Shown piece after piece: positions 21,161-29,433 of a stretch of DNA of 64,000 nucleotides. Location: positions 13,780-77,779 of the IMG/VR virus record IMGVR_UViG_2706795240_000001. One strand, written 5' to 3'. Below the pieces are notes generated by a model. It made no database searches and was not told the DNA's origin. It saw only the letters and a program-made list of their open reading frames with translations. Origin of the DNA: a virus (Duplodnaviria > Caudoviricetes). Position 1 is the stretch's first letter. The number at the start of each line of letters is the position of its first letter. Made by a program: the position numbers and the translations under genes.

Positions 21161-21810
21161 TGGCATACGTTAATGGTCCGCAGATGATGCGGGATATTGC
21201 CAACATGTGCCATGAGCTTTTCGGCACTACTATCGTTTACTCGAATGGCTGGGAAACTCGTGGTAATGGTCAGGACTGGGCTTACGGAGGTCCAAAAGGA
21301 TTTATTGATCATCACACCGCTGGTGGTAATAACATTTACCTTGACGGCAATCTCATTACGGGTGTTCCCGGCCTCTCAGGTCCTCTCTGCAACTTTGCAG
21401 GTCTTTATGACGGCGACCTTGCTGTGGTTGCTGCGTACCCCGCAAATCACGCGGGCGCTTCGGGAGGCTGGGATACGGCACCTCTGCCGGTAACCGGAAT
21501 GTTCAACCGAGAAGTTCTTGGTATTGAAATGCAGTACCGAGGCGTAGAGCCTATGAGTCCTGCTCAGTATCAGACGCTTCTCGCGGTGAACTACTGTGCC
21601 GCAAAGGTTCTTAACTGGCCTAGCTTTAACCGGATTAAGAACCACCAGGGCACCAGTATTCAGGGCAAGTTCGATATGGGTTTTGCCCCCGGTAAGACGT
21701 ACGATATCGCAGCGATCCGCCGTGATATCGCAGCAAAGGGCGGTACCGCCGGTACCGACGATAAGCTCTGGAATGACATTCAACTCCAGATGATGGGCAC
21801 GAAAGGCTAA
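21160..21810 (+). CDS. Endolysin N-acetylmuramoyl-L-alanine amidase subunit (Amidase_2)
   Basis: WETRG, HHTAG, GPLCN, ANHAG, GIE and KFD motifs typical of actinophage amidases; no cell-wall-binding domain. Confidence 0.9.
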   Translation: MAYVNGPQMMRDIANMCHELFGTTIVYSNGWETRGNGQDWAYGGPKGFIDHHTAGGNNIYLDGNLITGVPGLSGPLCNFAGLYDGDLAVVAAYPANHAGASGGWDTAPLPVTGMFNREVLGIEMQYRGVEPMSPAQYQTLLAVNYCAAKVLNWPSFNRIKNHQGTSIQGKFDMGFAPGKTYDIAAIRRDIAAKGGTAGTDDKLWNDIQLQMMGTKG

Positions 21811-21813
21811 ACA

Positions 21814-22296
21814 ATGGAAGTTGAGTGGAGAAAGGTTCCATTTGACTTCGACTATTCCGTTTCGTCAGCAGGTGAATTGCGAAATGATTCAACGGGAAGA
21901 ATCCTAAAGCCTAGGAAATGTCGAAGATATAATTCATTTGCTATGCAGAATTCCGGCAGAAGGATGGACATATCTGCACACACGTTGATTGCAATGGTAT
22001 TTATCGGAGAAAGGCCACCAGGGTACGATGTGTGCCATAAAAACGGAATACCATCTGATAATAGGGTAGAAAATCTGTATTACGGAACCAAGAGTCAAAA
22101 TCAACTAGACTCGGTTAGACATGGCACACACAGGGGGTCAAGAAAAACCCATTGTCCCAGAAATCATGAATATGATCGGGTAGACGTAAATGGCGCCAGA
22201 AGGTGCTCGACTTGTCTCAAGATTGCAAATGATAAGTCAAACCTTAAAAAGAAGATGCGAAAACAATCTGAAAGAAGGTCGAAGGAAAATGCCTAG
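21814..22296 (+). mobile_element. Free-standing NUMOD4/HNH homing endonuclease
   Basis: N-terminal EWRKVP..YSVSSAG (NUMOD4-like), HTLIAMVF...CHKNG..DNR.ENL (HNH) and C-terminal KTHCPRNHEY; AT-richer than its neighbours. Confidence 0.85.
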
Positions 22297-22636
22297 CGCA
22301 GCAGATGACGTGAATACCCAGTTCATGGGCGACAAAGATAAGAATGGAAAATGGGGCTGGACCGGGCTTGCGCCGCAGCCAGACAATAACGATGTTCGGT
22401 ATTCGCAGTTTGTCAAGAAGGTTGTGGATCGACAGACTGTTGTCGAGGCTCTGGGAACTCTGGTTTTCGAGGCCACTTACCGCATTAAGGCCGTGACCGA
22501 TGTAGCGGAGGCTAAAAAGCGCGCAGTCGATGCCAAGCGCGGCGAGACCGTTCTAGGTCACGCGGCAGTCGCTTCCGGACTCGCGATCACAAATAACGAA
22601 CTGCTTAAGCAGATTCTCGCGGAGGTGAAGAAGTAA
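22289..22636 (+). CDS. Stand-alone endolysin C-terminal-like domain protein (putative cell-wall-binding or scaffold subunit)
   Basis: ATG 22289 with RBS GAAGGA. DDVNTQFMG...WGW...QTVVEALG resembles the C-terminal domain of actinophage lysins (Q..G...GW...T.VDALA). Confidence 0.6.
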   Translation: MPSAADDVNTQFMGDKDKNGKWGWTGLAPQPDNNDVRYSQFVKKVVDRQTVVEALGTLVFEATYRIKAVTDVAEAKKRAVDAKRGETVLGHAAVASGLAITNNELLKQILAEVKK

Positions 22637-23070
22637 TGACTTACGATCCCGCAGATGATCCGCGAATTCCCGACCTGTCCGATGACGCGGTAGTCGGACC
22701 GAACCTCTTTAACATTCGCACCTGGCGAGATGTTATTGCCATGGTGTACGTCATTGTCCCGCTGGCGTCGGCTTCGCTGGTCGGCTACGGCGTTTTCAGT
22801 GACCAAGAGTCTGCCGTTATTGTCGGTGCGGTTCTTGCCGTGCTCCAGGTGATTCTCCAGTTCACTCGTACCGAGAACGGTGTGCGTCGAGCCTTTTATA
22901 CGGTTCTTCTTGCGGCCAATGCCGTACTGGTGTGGTACCGGGTTGTTGATGAAAACTTCCTCACCACCTGGTTGCCCCTGATTAACGCTCTCCTGATCGG
23001 TGTACCGGCTTCGGTTGCCGTCCAGAATGTTAATACTTCTGGCGACGACCTCCGAACCAGCTCTGCATAA
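22636..23070 (+). CDS. Holin
   Basis: 144 aa with about 4 hydrophobic segments, directly after the lysin genes; WRDVIAMVY start typical of actinophage holins. Confidence 0.75.
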   Translation: MTYDPADDPRIPDLSDDAVVGPNLFNIRTWRDVIAMVYVIVPLASASLVGYGVFSDQESAVIVGAVLAVLQVILQFTRTENGVRRAFYTVLLAANAVLVWYRVVDENFLTTWLPLINALLIGVPASVAVQNVNTSGDDLRTSSA

Positions 23071-23080
23071 ATAAGTAACC

Positions 23081-23125
23081 CAAAAGGGCGTCGTACGGAC
23101 ATTTTACTCGTACGACGCCCTTTTG
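23081..23125 (+). terminator. Intrinsic terminator after the holin
   Basis: Inverted repeat CAAAAGGGCGTCGTACG / CGTACGACGCCCTTTTG with T-run. Confidence 0.75.
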
Positions 23126-23164
23126 CTAGGGTTTTCATTTAATATTCGGGACGGCGGTAGGAAA

Positions 23165-23650
23165 TTGAGTTACAAAGAAAACTTTGATAAAAAATGGAAT
23201 AGAAGGAACTCTGGACTATTTGGGATTAAATACCATCTAGAACCAGATGAGCTTTCATCTAAATCCCAGTCACAAGATACCTTGATGCTGTATGCTACCT
23301 GGGGATTTTTGTACGGACTCTCGCTCATAGTTCAGCCAGACTCGGTGTGGACACTTGGGTACTATGATACCGCTAAATATGTGCCGTACTCTCCAGACTC
23401 CTGGGGCGTATTCGCCATAATTGGTGGGCTTCTCATATTCATAGGAATGTTCAGCGGACGTGGAATATTTGCCGCAATTGGAGCTGGAGTTCTAGCAATA
23501 TGGAACTTCTTTTTCGCGTTCAGTTTTGCGAGAGAGTTCATTAGCGGTTCTGAATACGGCTTTTCTCCAGTTATCACATACGGAATTCTGAGCCTCTGGG
23601 GGATAATTCTCGTGACGACGTATGGAAAGAATAATGTCAATGCCGTATAA
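23165..23650 (+). CDS. Membrane protein (about 4 TM)
   Basis: TTG 23165 after GGTAGGAAA; four hydrophobic stretches. Confidence 0.7.
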   Translation: MSYKENFDKKWNRRNSGLFGIKYHLEPDELSSKSQSQDTLMLYATWGFLYGLSLIVQPDSVWTLGYYDTAKYVPYSPDSWGVFAIIGGLLIFIGMFSGRGIFAAIGAGVLAIWNFFFAFSFAREFISGSEYGFSPVITYGILSLWGIILVTTYGKNNVNAV

Positions 23651-24086
23651 ACAACTCCAGAGGGACGCACGAAATCCCTTTGAGTATGCAATCATCCTGT
23701 TTGCTGTGGTTATTTCTACCGCACAGCTCATATTGGACACATACCCTGGAGCTATCTATGAATTCACCAGTGATGGATATCGGTATGCATGGGGAGGGGC
23801 GCTATTTCTAGGCTCTATTTCCTCTGCCGCCGGAGTCACAATGAAAAGGCACTCGATGGGCGTGGGGCTTGAGTGCTGGGGAATGTATGTAATGGGGGGT
23901 GCCCTCGCGGTCTATGGTTTGTCTATTTTTCTGGTAGGCAATGCAACCGGAATGTTCGCGTCGGGATTCTTTTTCACATTCGCAGTTGCATGTATTGTTC
24001 GTGCGTTTATAATCCACCGTGGATTGCGACGCATAGCGAAGGGTCAATACGTTCGACTCAGGGAAGCAGAGAGAAATGAGAAATGA
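23634..24086 (+). CDS. Membrane protein (about 4 TM)
   Basis: ATG 23634 after GGAAAG; four hydrophobic stretches and a basic C-tail. Confidence 0.7.
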   Translation: MSMPYKQLQRDARNPFEYAIILFAVVISTAQLILDTYPGAIYEFTSDGYRYAWGGALFLGSISSAAGVTMKRHSMGVGLECWGMYVMGGALAVYGLSIFLVGNATGMFASGFFFTFAVACIVRAFIIHRGLRRIAKGQYVRLREAERNEK

Positions 24087-24460
24087 ACCTAGACGAAGCT
24101 CAATTCTGGGTACAGCTTGCAGTCACTCTCCTGTCGACCGGTGGACTATTTGGCGGATATAAAATCTGGAGTGATCGCAAGAAAGCTGATGCAGAAGTAA
24201 ACAAAGAGGATGCATCCGCAGCAGATATTATCCAAGGGTCAGCCGCTCGTGAAATTCAGCGAATTAACGAGACCATGGAAAAAATGCGCAAGGAGTCCCT
24301 GATACGCAAGCGCGCAGGAGCAAAGCTGTATTATCATCAGCGATCGCATGAACGCTGGGACCTTGAAATGATGACCAAGCTGCGAGAGCTTGGCATCAGC
24401 GTCGATGAACCTCCACGCATTCTCCTGAGTGTCGAGGAACTAGACGCCCTCGAAATTTAG
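24083..24460 (+). CDS. Single-TM membrane protein with coiled coil
   Basis: N-terminal TM (FWVQLAVTLLSTGGLFGGY) followed by a charged helical region. Confidence 0.7.
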   Translation: MNLDEAQFWVQLAVTLLSTGGLFGGYKIWSDRKKADAEVNKEDASAADIIQGSAAREIQRINETMEKMRKESLIRKRAGAKLYYHQRSHERWDLEMMTKLRELGISVDEPPRILLSVEELDALEI

Positions 24461-24469
24461 GATATTGTC

Positions 24470-24814
24470 ATGACAGCACCGTCAGTTTATCAGCCTATTC
24501 GATTGGTAAATATTCCGATAGATAAAGGTGTAGGATTTTACTGGGACTTCAAGGATGACAGCATACCTGGTGACGCGCTAGTTATGATGAGGGTATCGTC
24601 CAGGATGAATTTCAAGGGCGAGAGAACGTATTCCATCTGGACGGCGCACAGAAATCCACTGACTAGATTTTGGGAATTTGATGTACCAGAAGAAGACGTT
24701 CTCGCCGCCGATGTAGTGCAAGGGTCCGTCTACCGGCTGTACCGACAGGACGACCGCACGGATAGCCGGACACGAAAGATAATCCCTCAAGCCGGGAGGC
24801 TGGTGTTTAGATGA
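24470..24814 (+). CDS. Hypothetical beta-rich protein
   Basis: 114-aa ORF, coupled to lysin B. Confidence 0.55.
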   Translation: MTAPSVYQPIRLVNIPIDKGVGFYWDFKDDSIPGDALVMMRVSSRMNFKGERTYSIWTAHRNPLTRFWEFDVPEEDVLAADVVQGSVYRLYRQDDRTDSRTRKIIPQAGRLVFR

Positions 24815-25569
24815 GTAAGCCACTCGTTATTCTGTGCCGAGGAATCGGCGAGACGTATGGTCGCGGAATTCTTTGGAATCTAGCGCAATATCTTCCAGTG
24901 GAAGAATACGATATCATCGAAGCGAATTGGAAGGCCGAATATGGCCCGGTTCCGTCGATCGGTGGCTATTCGTTTGAAAAGTCACTAGAAGATGGTAAAT
25001 CCCTTTTGTTAGACCTATGCCTGACTGAGCACCGAGACAGGGGGATTGTCCTGGTGGGCTACAGCGGCGGCGCTCAGCTCGCAGGCGACGTGCTGGCCGA
25101 CCTGGCGGCTCGCGGCCACTCGAACGTGCTCGGCGGCGCACTGCTGTCTGATCCGAGTATGCCCAAGGGGATGCCGGGAACGGGCGGACGCTACGGAATT
25201 CGCGGTAGTCGGCAGATCAAAGAATCAATCCCGGTTCAGTGGTTTTACGAAATCGAGGACGTGATTGCGGTATGCACACCTGCGCCGGATTCGTTGCTGA
25301 GGGTTTTCGCAGATGCATCGGCAGAATTCTCGCTTGGAGGCCCCCGAGCATGGCAGGGGATAATTCCACGATTGCTGAGCAAAAAGCTACAGGCATACGT
25401 TCTACCGTGGTGGAACTTTCAGAAGTTTTTGAGACAATACAACGTCGCCAAATATGAAGCAGAGGGTTATCTGTTCCGTGGCGATCATACTAGCTATACT
25501 GTTCGTAAGAATTGGAATGGCAAAGCATACTTTGAGGATATGGCAGACTGGATTAAGAGTCTTGCTTAG
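24811..25569 (+). CDS. Lysin B (cutinase-like serine esterase)
   Basis: ILCRGIGE start, nucleophile elbow LVGYSGGA, LLSDP, D..A.C and C-terminal His (GDHTSY). Confidence 0.85.
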   Translation: MSKPLVILCRGIGETYGRGILWNLAQYLPVEEYDIIEANWKAEYGPVPSIGGYSFEKSLEDGKSLLLDLCLTEHRDRGIVLVGYSGGAQLAGDVLADLAARGHSNVLGGALLSDPSMPKGMPGTGGRYGIRGSRQIKESIPVQWFYEIEDVIAVCTPAPDSLLRVFADASAEFSLGGPRAWQGIIPRLLSKKLQAYVLPWWNFQKFLRQYNVAKYEAEGYLFRGDHTSYTVRKNWNGKAYFEDMADWIKSLA

Positions 25570-25574
25570 GGCAC

Positions 25575-25616
25575 AAAAATACCCGGCACCATGAATTGGT
25601 GCCGGGTATTTTTTTT
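25575..25616. terminator. Bidirectional terminator at the convergence of the two arms
   Basis: AAAAATACCCGGCACCA-TGAAT-TGGTGCCGGGTATTTTTTTT. Confidence 0.9.
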
Positions 25617-25806
25617 ACTCCTTATCCACTTCCATCTGCGCTTCTCGGAGAACGATTGACAGGCTGAGGGCCTTGCTTGGGTCTAGCGCCGCGATACCGC
25701 CTTCCCCGCCGTCATCCTTTACCTCCAGATAGATTTCCGAGTCCAGAATGCTTACGACAATATCGTCGCCGCAAACATCTGTAATGACTCGCCTAAACTC
25801 TGCCAT
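25615..25806 (-). CDS. Hypothetical protein
   Basis: Short acidic ORF; ATG 25806 after an AAGGA RBS. Confidence 0.55.
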   Translation of the reverse strand: MAEFRRVITDVCGDDIVVSILDSEIYLEVKDDGGEGGIAALDPSKALSLSIVLREAQMEVDKE

Positions 25807-25906
25807 TTTCAATCATCCTTTCCAGCTTATCCATGCGCCTGCGGTCAAGATAGAAGTTAAATGCCGCCAGAATAATTGAAATATTCTGAATGGCATCGAT
25901 TGTCAC
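25793..25906 (-). CDS. Small hypothetical (possibly membrane) protein, 37 aa
   Basis: Read manually: GTG 25906 overlaps the upstream TGA; fills the gap. Confidence 0.4.
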   Translation of the reverse strand: MTIDAIQNISIILAAFNFYLDRRRMDKLERMIENGRV

Positions 25907-26043
25907 GACTTCGCCTTTTCCGTGCTACATTCTAGTTCTTTTGTGGATTGATGTACCCACACGATTCGCAGTGTTCCGTCTGGTGCCATAATCGGGATTA
26001 GCTTATCCTTGCATCCTTTGCAAAGATTCTTGTGCTTGGACAT
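25903..26043 (-). CDS. Small CxxC protein, 46 aa
   Basis: Read manually: MSKHKNLCKGCKD...; fills the gap. Confidence 0.5.
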   Translation of the reverse strand: MSKHKNLCKGCKDKLIPIMAPDGTLRIVWVHQSTKELECSTEKAKS

Positions 26044-26046
26044 GTA

Positions 26047-26331
26047 TTACTTCTTTCCTGGAATCGGGGGCGGAACCATCAGTGGCTTGGGTTGGATGTA
26101 TTTCTTCTCTTGCGCTGGAGTAAGAGGCTCTTTGCTGTGTTCATGAGGCTCGGAACTCCTGGGTTCCATTGCGCGTGTGGCTTTGAATTTACGTGACTCT
26201 AGTTTCCAGCCAACCTCGACATGCGCTGCCCAGTCGCCGAAACCAGTGCCCATGAATTCACATGAGCAAACGTGACCCGATTCGTCTGGAGTATGTTTCA
26301 GTAGATACTGGCTCAGCTTGGGCAATTCCAT
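26047..26331 (-). CDS. Hypothetical protein
   Basis: ORF in a tightly packed operon; H..C.C motif. Confidence 0.6.
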   Translation of the reverse strand: MELPKLSQYLLKHTPDESGHVCSCEFMGTGFGDWAAHVEVGWKLESRKFKATRAMEPRSSEPHEHSKEPLTPAQEKKYIQPKPLMVPPPIPGKK

Positions 26332-26333
26332 GA

Positions 26334-26546
26334 CTAGACCTTTCCGAGCATCTTCATGATATACCAGATTGGCCTTCGTCTGGAGGTGGCATAGGTGATA
26401 TTATCAAGGTCAAGGTCAACCAGATTGGGTATAGTGTTTCTCCATGTTGCACTGGCTCCGTTCGAGCGAAGAGTAAATTCTTCCGCACTGAATCGCATTG
26501 TTGAGCCATTATTGAACTTGATCTTGACTCTGTACAGGCGCTTCAT
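26334..26546 (-). CDS. Hypothetical protein
   Basis: ORF coupled to the upstream stop. Confidence 0.6.
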   Translation of the reverse strand: MKRLYRVKIKFNNGSTMRFSAEEFTLRSNGASATWRNTIPNLVDLDLDNITYATSRRRPIWYIMKMLGKV

Positions 26547-27058
26547 TAGCAGACCTTACCGTGCTTATATGGGCGCGTACCGTTGTATCGATTCTTGTTG
26601 ATCAGCGACAAAATCTGCTCACCGATCTTGGAAATATCGCCACCAACTGAATCTCCGATGCGGATAATAACGTCGGTGAACTCGGATGAAATACCCTCGG
26701 GCTTTAGGAGGTCTCCATCCGAATTGATCGAAACGTTAAACTGTTCGTCTGGATGATTCTTGTCGCGATACCAAATAAAAGGCTCGCCGTTGCGGTAGCT
26801 TTCCAGTGCCTCAGAAAGCTCCGAGTGCATGAGCGCAACCTCTTCCGGAAATCCTCGCTCGCTCTCGTGGAATCCCTTTTGCTCGGCCATGGTCCAGCTA
26901 GCGGCGAACAGAATGGTGAGCGCTGAGGCGATCTCAGCGGCCCCCTCATCGGTGAGGACGCCGGTAGCCGGGTCGTAACCCTGGTGGCCGTCGCGCGTGA
27001 GCGGAACCGGGTGATTATCGGTGCGGAAGAACTTTTCGGAAGCGGTGAGGTCAGTCAT
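26546..27058 (-). CDS. MazG-like nucleotide pyrophosphohydrolase
   Basis: EEVALMHSELSEALE...SEFTDVIIRIGD (E..E...E..D all-alpha NTP-PPase motif); start taken at ATG 27058. Confidence 0.8.
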   Translation of the reverse strand: MTDLTASEKFFRTDNHPVPLTRDGHQGYDPATGVLTDEGAAEIASALTILFAASWTMAEQKGFHESERGFPEEVALMHSELSEALESYRNGEPFIWYRDKNHPDEQFNVSINSDGDLLKPEGISSEFTDVIIRIGDSVGGDISKIGEQILSLINKNRYNGTRPYKHGKVC

Positions 27059-27464
27059 TTTTTTCTCCATCTGAGGGGTTATTGGTGTGGAATTCTTGGA
27101 TAGCGCACTTGAGATAGACCAATGCGTCAGCCAATTCATCTAGTGCGTCCGCTAGCTGATTACGGTCATTAAAAGGCTGGAGTACAGTACCGTACTTTTC
27201 GAGACCGAAGTTCTTTCGATTTTCCATCACTCGCGTCGGACTCAGGTTTAGCATTTTTGCGACCCGAACATAGGTATCCAGAGTATTCAGATACATCATG
27301 TCTGGGCCGACATTTCTACTGCCGAAGGCTAGCCTCATGGCATTAAGATCGCGGATGACCATATCATGAGCCGACGGCAATTCATTTGGCTGCGGATTAT
27401 TCTGAACCGTCAGGCCATGATTATCGCGCATCTGGTTGTCAGAGCTGCTTACGGTATCGCTCAT
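27051..27464 (-). CDS. All-alpha NTP pyrophosphatase family protein (MazG/dATPase-like)
   Basis: RKNFGLEKYG...DALDELADALVYL motif; ATG 27464 overlaps the upstream TGA. Confidence 0.6.
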   Translation of the reverse strand: MSDTVSSSDNQMRDNHGLTVQNNPQPNELPSAHDMVIRDLNAMRLAFGSRNVGPDMMYLNTLDTYVRVAKMLNLSPTRVMENRKNFGLEKYGTVLQPFNDRNQLADALDELADALVYLKCAIQEFHTNNPSDGEKND

Positions 27465-27763
27465 CGACCGACCTCTCGGTATTCCGAATGATAAAGGTGC
27501 CACACGAAAGTGCCGGATTCATTCATGATTGTTCCGATATATTCCTGCGCTGGCGGAATCTCGTGTCCGGTTCCTACGACATGGATATCGACTTCGTATT
27601 CAATACCCGCATCTAGTGCTCGCTTATCTACCTCGTACCAGATCGTTGGTCGGTTGTACTGAAATTTAACGTCCAGTATTGTACCGGCAAACCCAGGAAG
27701 TGCGACAGTCTGCCTGTCAACAAGGTCGAGGGCTTTTTTGTGAATTGTCTTATTGAGCGGCAT
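27461..27763 (-). CDS. Conserved phage hypothetical protein
   Basis: Q..PTIWYEVD...VVGTGH..YIGT...VWHLY pattern is widespread in phages. Confidence 0.65.
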   Translation of the reverse strand: MPLNKTIHKKALDLVDRQTVALPGFAGTILDVKFQYNRPTIWYEVDKRALDAGIEYEVDIHVVGTGHEIPPAQEYIGTIMNESGTFVWHLYHSEYREVGR

Positions 27764-28010
27764 TATTGATCCTTTTCATATCTTCGACTGTGGCATACCC
27801 ATTTGCGACGATTACGCCTTGGGCATATCCGAGCCAGCGACACGCCTTTTCTCGTTCAAGCTCATGCATACAGGAATCCGTCATTTCGTAATACATGTCC
27901 ACGAGGTGCTCATGTGAAACGTCTGGATCATCAAACTCGCAGGCGTCCATTCCCTTCTCTTCGGACAGCTTAAGCGTTTCGCTGAACGCCTTAATAATGC
28001 TGAATGTCAT
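27750..28010 (-). CDS. Conserved phage hypothetical protein
   Basis: EKACRWLGYAQGV motif seen in small phage proteins. Confidence 0.6.
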   Translation of the reverse strand: MTFSIIKAFSETLKLSEEKGMDACEFDDPDVSHEHLVDMYYEMTDSCMHELEREKACRWLGYAQGVIVANGYATVEDMKRINNAAQ

Positions 28011-28014
28011 GATT

Positions 28015-28740
28015 TCATTCCTTAGGTGCGGCCTGGGAGAACTGATCGTCCCAGATTTCTCGAACTGCTGGTGCGAATACTTCGGGGAACTCGAACATAA
28101 GCTCCGAGTAGATCATTTCGGCGGCGCGGTACATTTCTGCATCCGCCGCAGGATGGTGGCGCTTGGAGACAAATTCCATCCACGAGCGTAGATTTCCGCT
28201 AACTACGATTCTGGTTTCCAGTGAGCCTGGAAGGTATGCACGAGCGGCCTCACGGGCTTTCTTGCCCTTGATCACCTTGTCAATCGAGAAGAATGAAAGT
28301 GCGGCTTTGTATCGATTCTTCGACTGCTTGAAAGTTTCTTCAAGATCAACGCCTCCAGCCGGGGGATTAATGTAACCCAGACCCGCCTCAAACGGATCGA
28401 CGTATCGGCCAGACAATTCCGAGTACGAGAGGTGCCTGTGGCGAACCAGTTCATGCGTGAAATTCCTAGATACTCCGGTGATATAGAACGTGATCGAAAC
28501 GTGCTCAATAACCGAGTAATGCTTCTGGCTAATGATGTTCCGAATGTAATCGTGCGTTTTCGCCGTCTTTGGATTGGTCTTCTTGAAAGACTGGTAACAA
28601 GCGCGACCAGCGAACTCAGCCACGATAGCCGGACTGGGGTTGGGGTACCCGCTGCTCCCGCTATCCATGAACATTTCGATGTTCCCGATTCGCGGCCTAG
28701 TGGCACCAATTGTCACTACACTAGGGGTAACTGGCTTCAT
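28015..28740 (-). CDS. thyX: Flavin-dependent thymidylate synthase
   Basis: EFAGRACY, HYSVIEH, ELVRHRHLSYSELSGRY (RHRx7S), GNLRSW and ADAEM motifs. Confidence 0.92.
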   Translation of the reverse strand: MKPVTPSVVTIGATRPRIGNIEMFMDSGSSGYPNPSPAIVAEFAGRACYQSFKKTNPKTAKTHDYIRNIISQKHYSVIEHVSITFYITGVSRNFTHELVRHRHLSYSELSGRYVDPFEAGLGYINPPAGGVDLEETFKQSKNRYKAALSFFSIDKVIKGKKAREAARAYLPGSLETRIVVSGNLRSWMEFVSKRHHPAADAEMYRAAEMIYSELMFEFPEVFAPAVREIWDDQFSQAAPKE

Positions 28741-29075
28741 TTGTCTTCTTTCTGTGCGTCCATGAACTCTGAAATAGAGTCATAGGTTTTTTGATACACC
28801 CTCGGAAAATTAATTGATTTTCCGTACTTTTTGTAGACCTTTACCAGCTTTCTGACTTTACGTTTTTGTTTTCTCGTGGAGTGGATACCCAGGGCCTCTT
28901 TCCATTCGGTCTGAAAAAGTGTATCCACAACGATCCACGGTTTACGGCAGTCGTCGCATATCCAAACCGTTCCTTCTGGATAAATTGGGGCGTCGTACCA
29001 GCCTCTGACCAACGGATATTCAGGCGGCGAGCAGCGATGCGGCTGTTCCTTTTTGATTATTCCGATTGCGGGCAT
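28737..29075 (-). CDS. Hypothetical protein (Cys motif)
   Basis: H.C.PP...W.CDDC pattern. Confidence 0.6.
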   Translation of the reverse strand: MPAIGIIKKEQPHRCSPPEYPLVRGWYDAPIYPEGTVWICDDCRKPWIVVDTLFQTEWKEALGIHSTRKQKRKVRKLVKVYKKYGKSINFPRVYQKTYDSISEFMDAQKEDK

Positions 29076-29164
29076 TACTTGCTCTTTGCAAATCCGAGCG
29101 ATGCAGCAAGAATCGTTGCCCAGGTCATGATAATGAGAATTTGAAATAGTGTAGTCCAGGTCAT
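29075..29164 (-). CDS. Small membrane protein, 29 aa
   Basis: Read manually: MTWTTLFQILIIMTWATILAASLGFAKSK; overlaps both neighbours by stop/start coupling. Confidence 0.5.
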   Translation of the reverse strand: MTWTTLFQILIIMTWATILAASLGFAKSK

Positions 29165-29433
29165 TTTCTACCCTTTTCTTTTCTGTGATTGCTTACATAG
29201 TCGGCGGCGGCGCGCTTACAGGCTGCACATGCCTCTTCGCCTTTTCTGCGATGATTTTGATATCTAGCTCGCGTGCCATGGGGCGGAAGTGGCCTTATTG
29301 GTAAACTGATTTCTCCGGATCGATACTGTCGCATATACTCCCGATGAGCCGCGCGGCACGGTTCACACGGCACCAATCCTTCTCTGACTTCTCTTCCGTA
29401 CCCCCTCAATGTTCCGTGCTCAATATCTTTCAC
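29161..29433 (-). CDS. Protein with two HGT..Y...CxxC zinc-binding repeats
   Basis: HGTLRGY...CEPC and HGTRARY...CAAC. Confidence 0.7.
   Translation of the reverse strand: MKDIEHGTLRGYGREVREGLVPCEPCRAAHREYMRQYRSGEISLPIRPLPPHGTRARYQNHRRKGEEACAACKRAAADYVSNHRKEKGRK

Noticed and set aside
21811-22296. Group I intron carrying the HNH and splicing amidase to the downstream domain
   Set aside because: There are only 3 nt between the amidase stop and the HNH start, the HNH overlaps the next gene, and that gene has its own RBS. No room for a ribozyme core was seen; RT-PCR would settle it.
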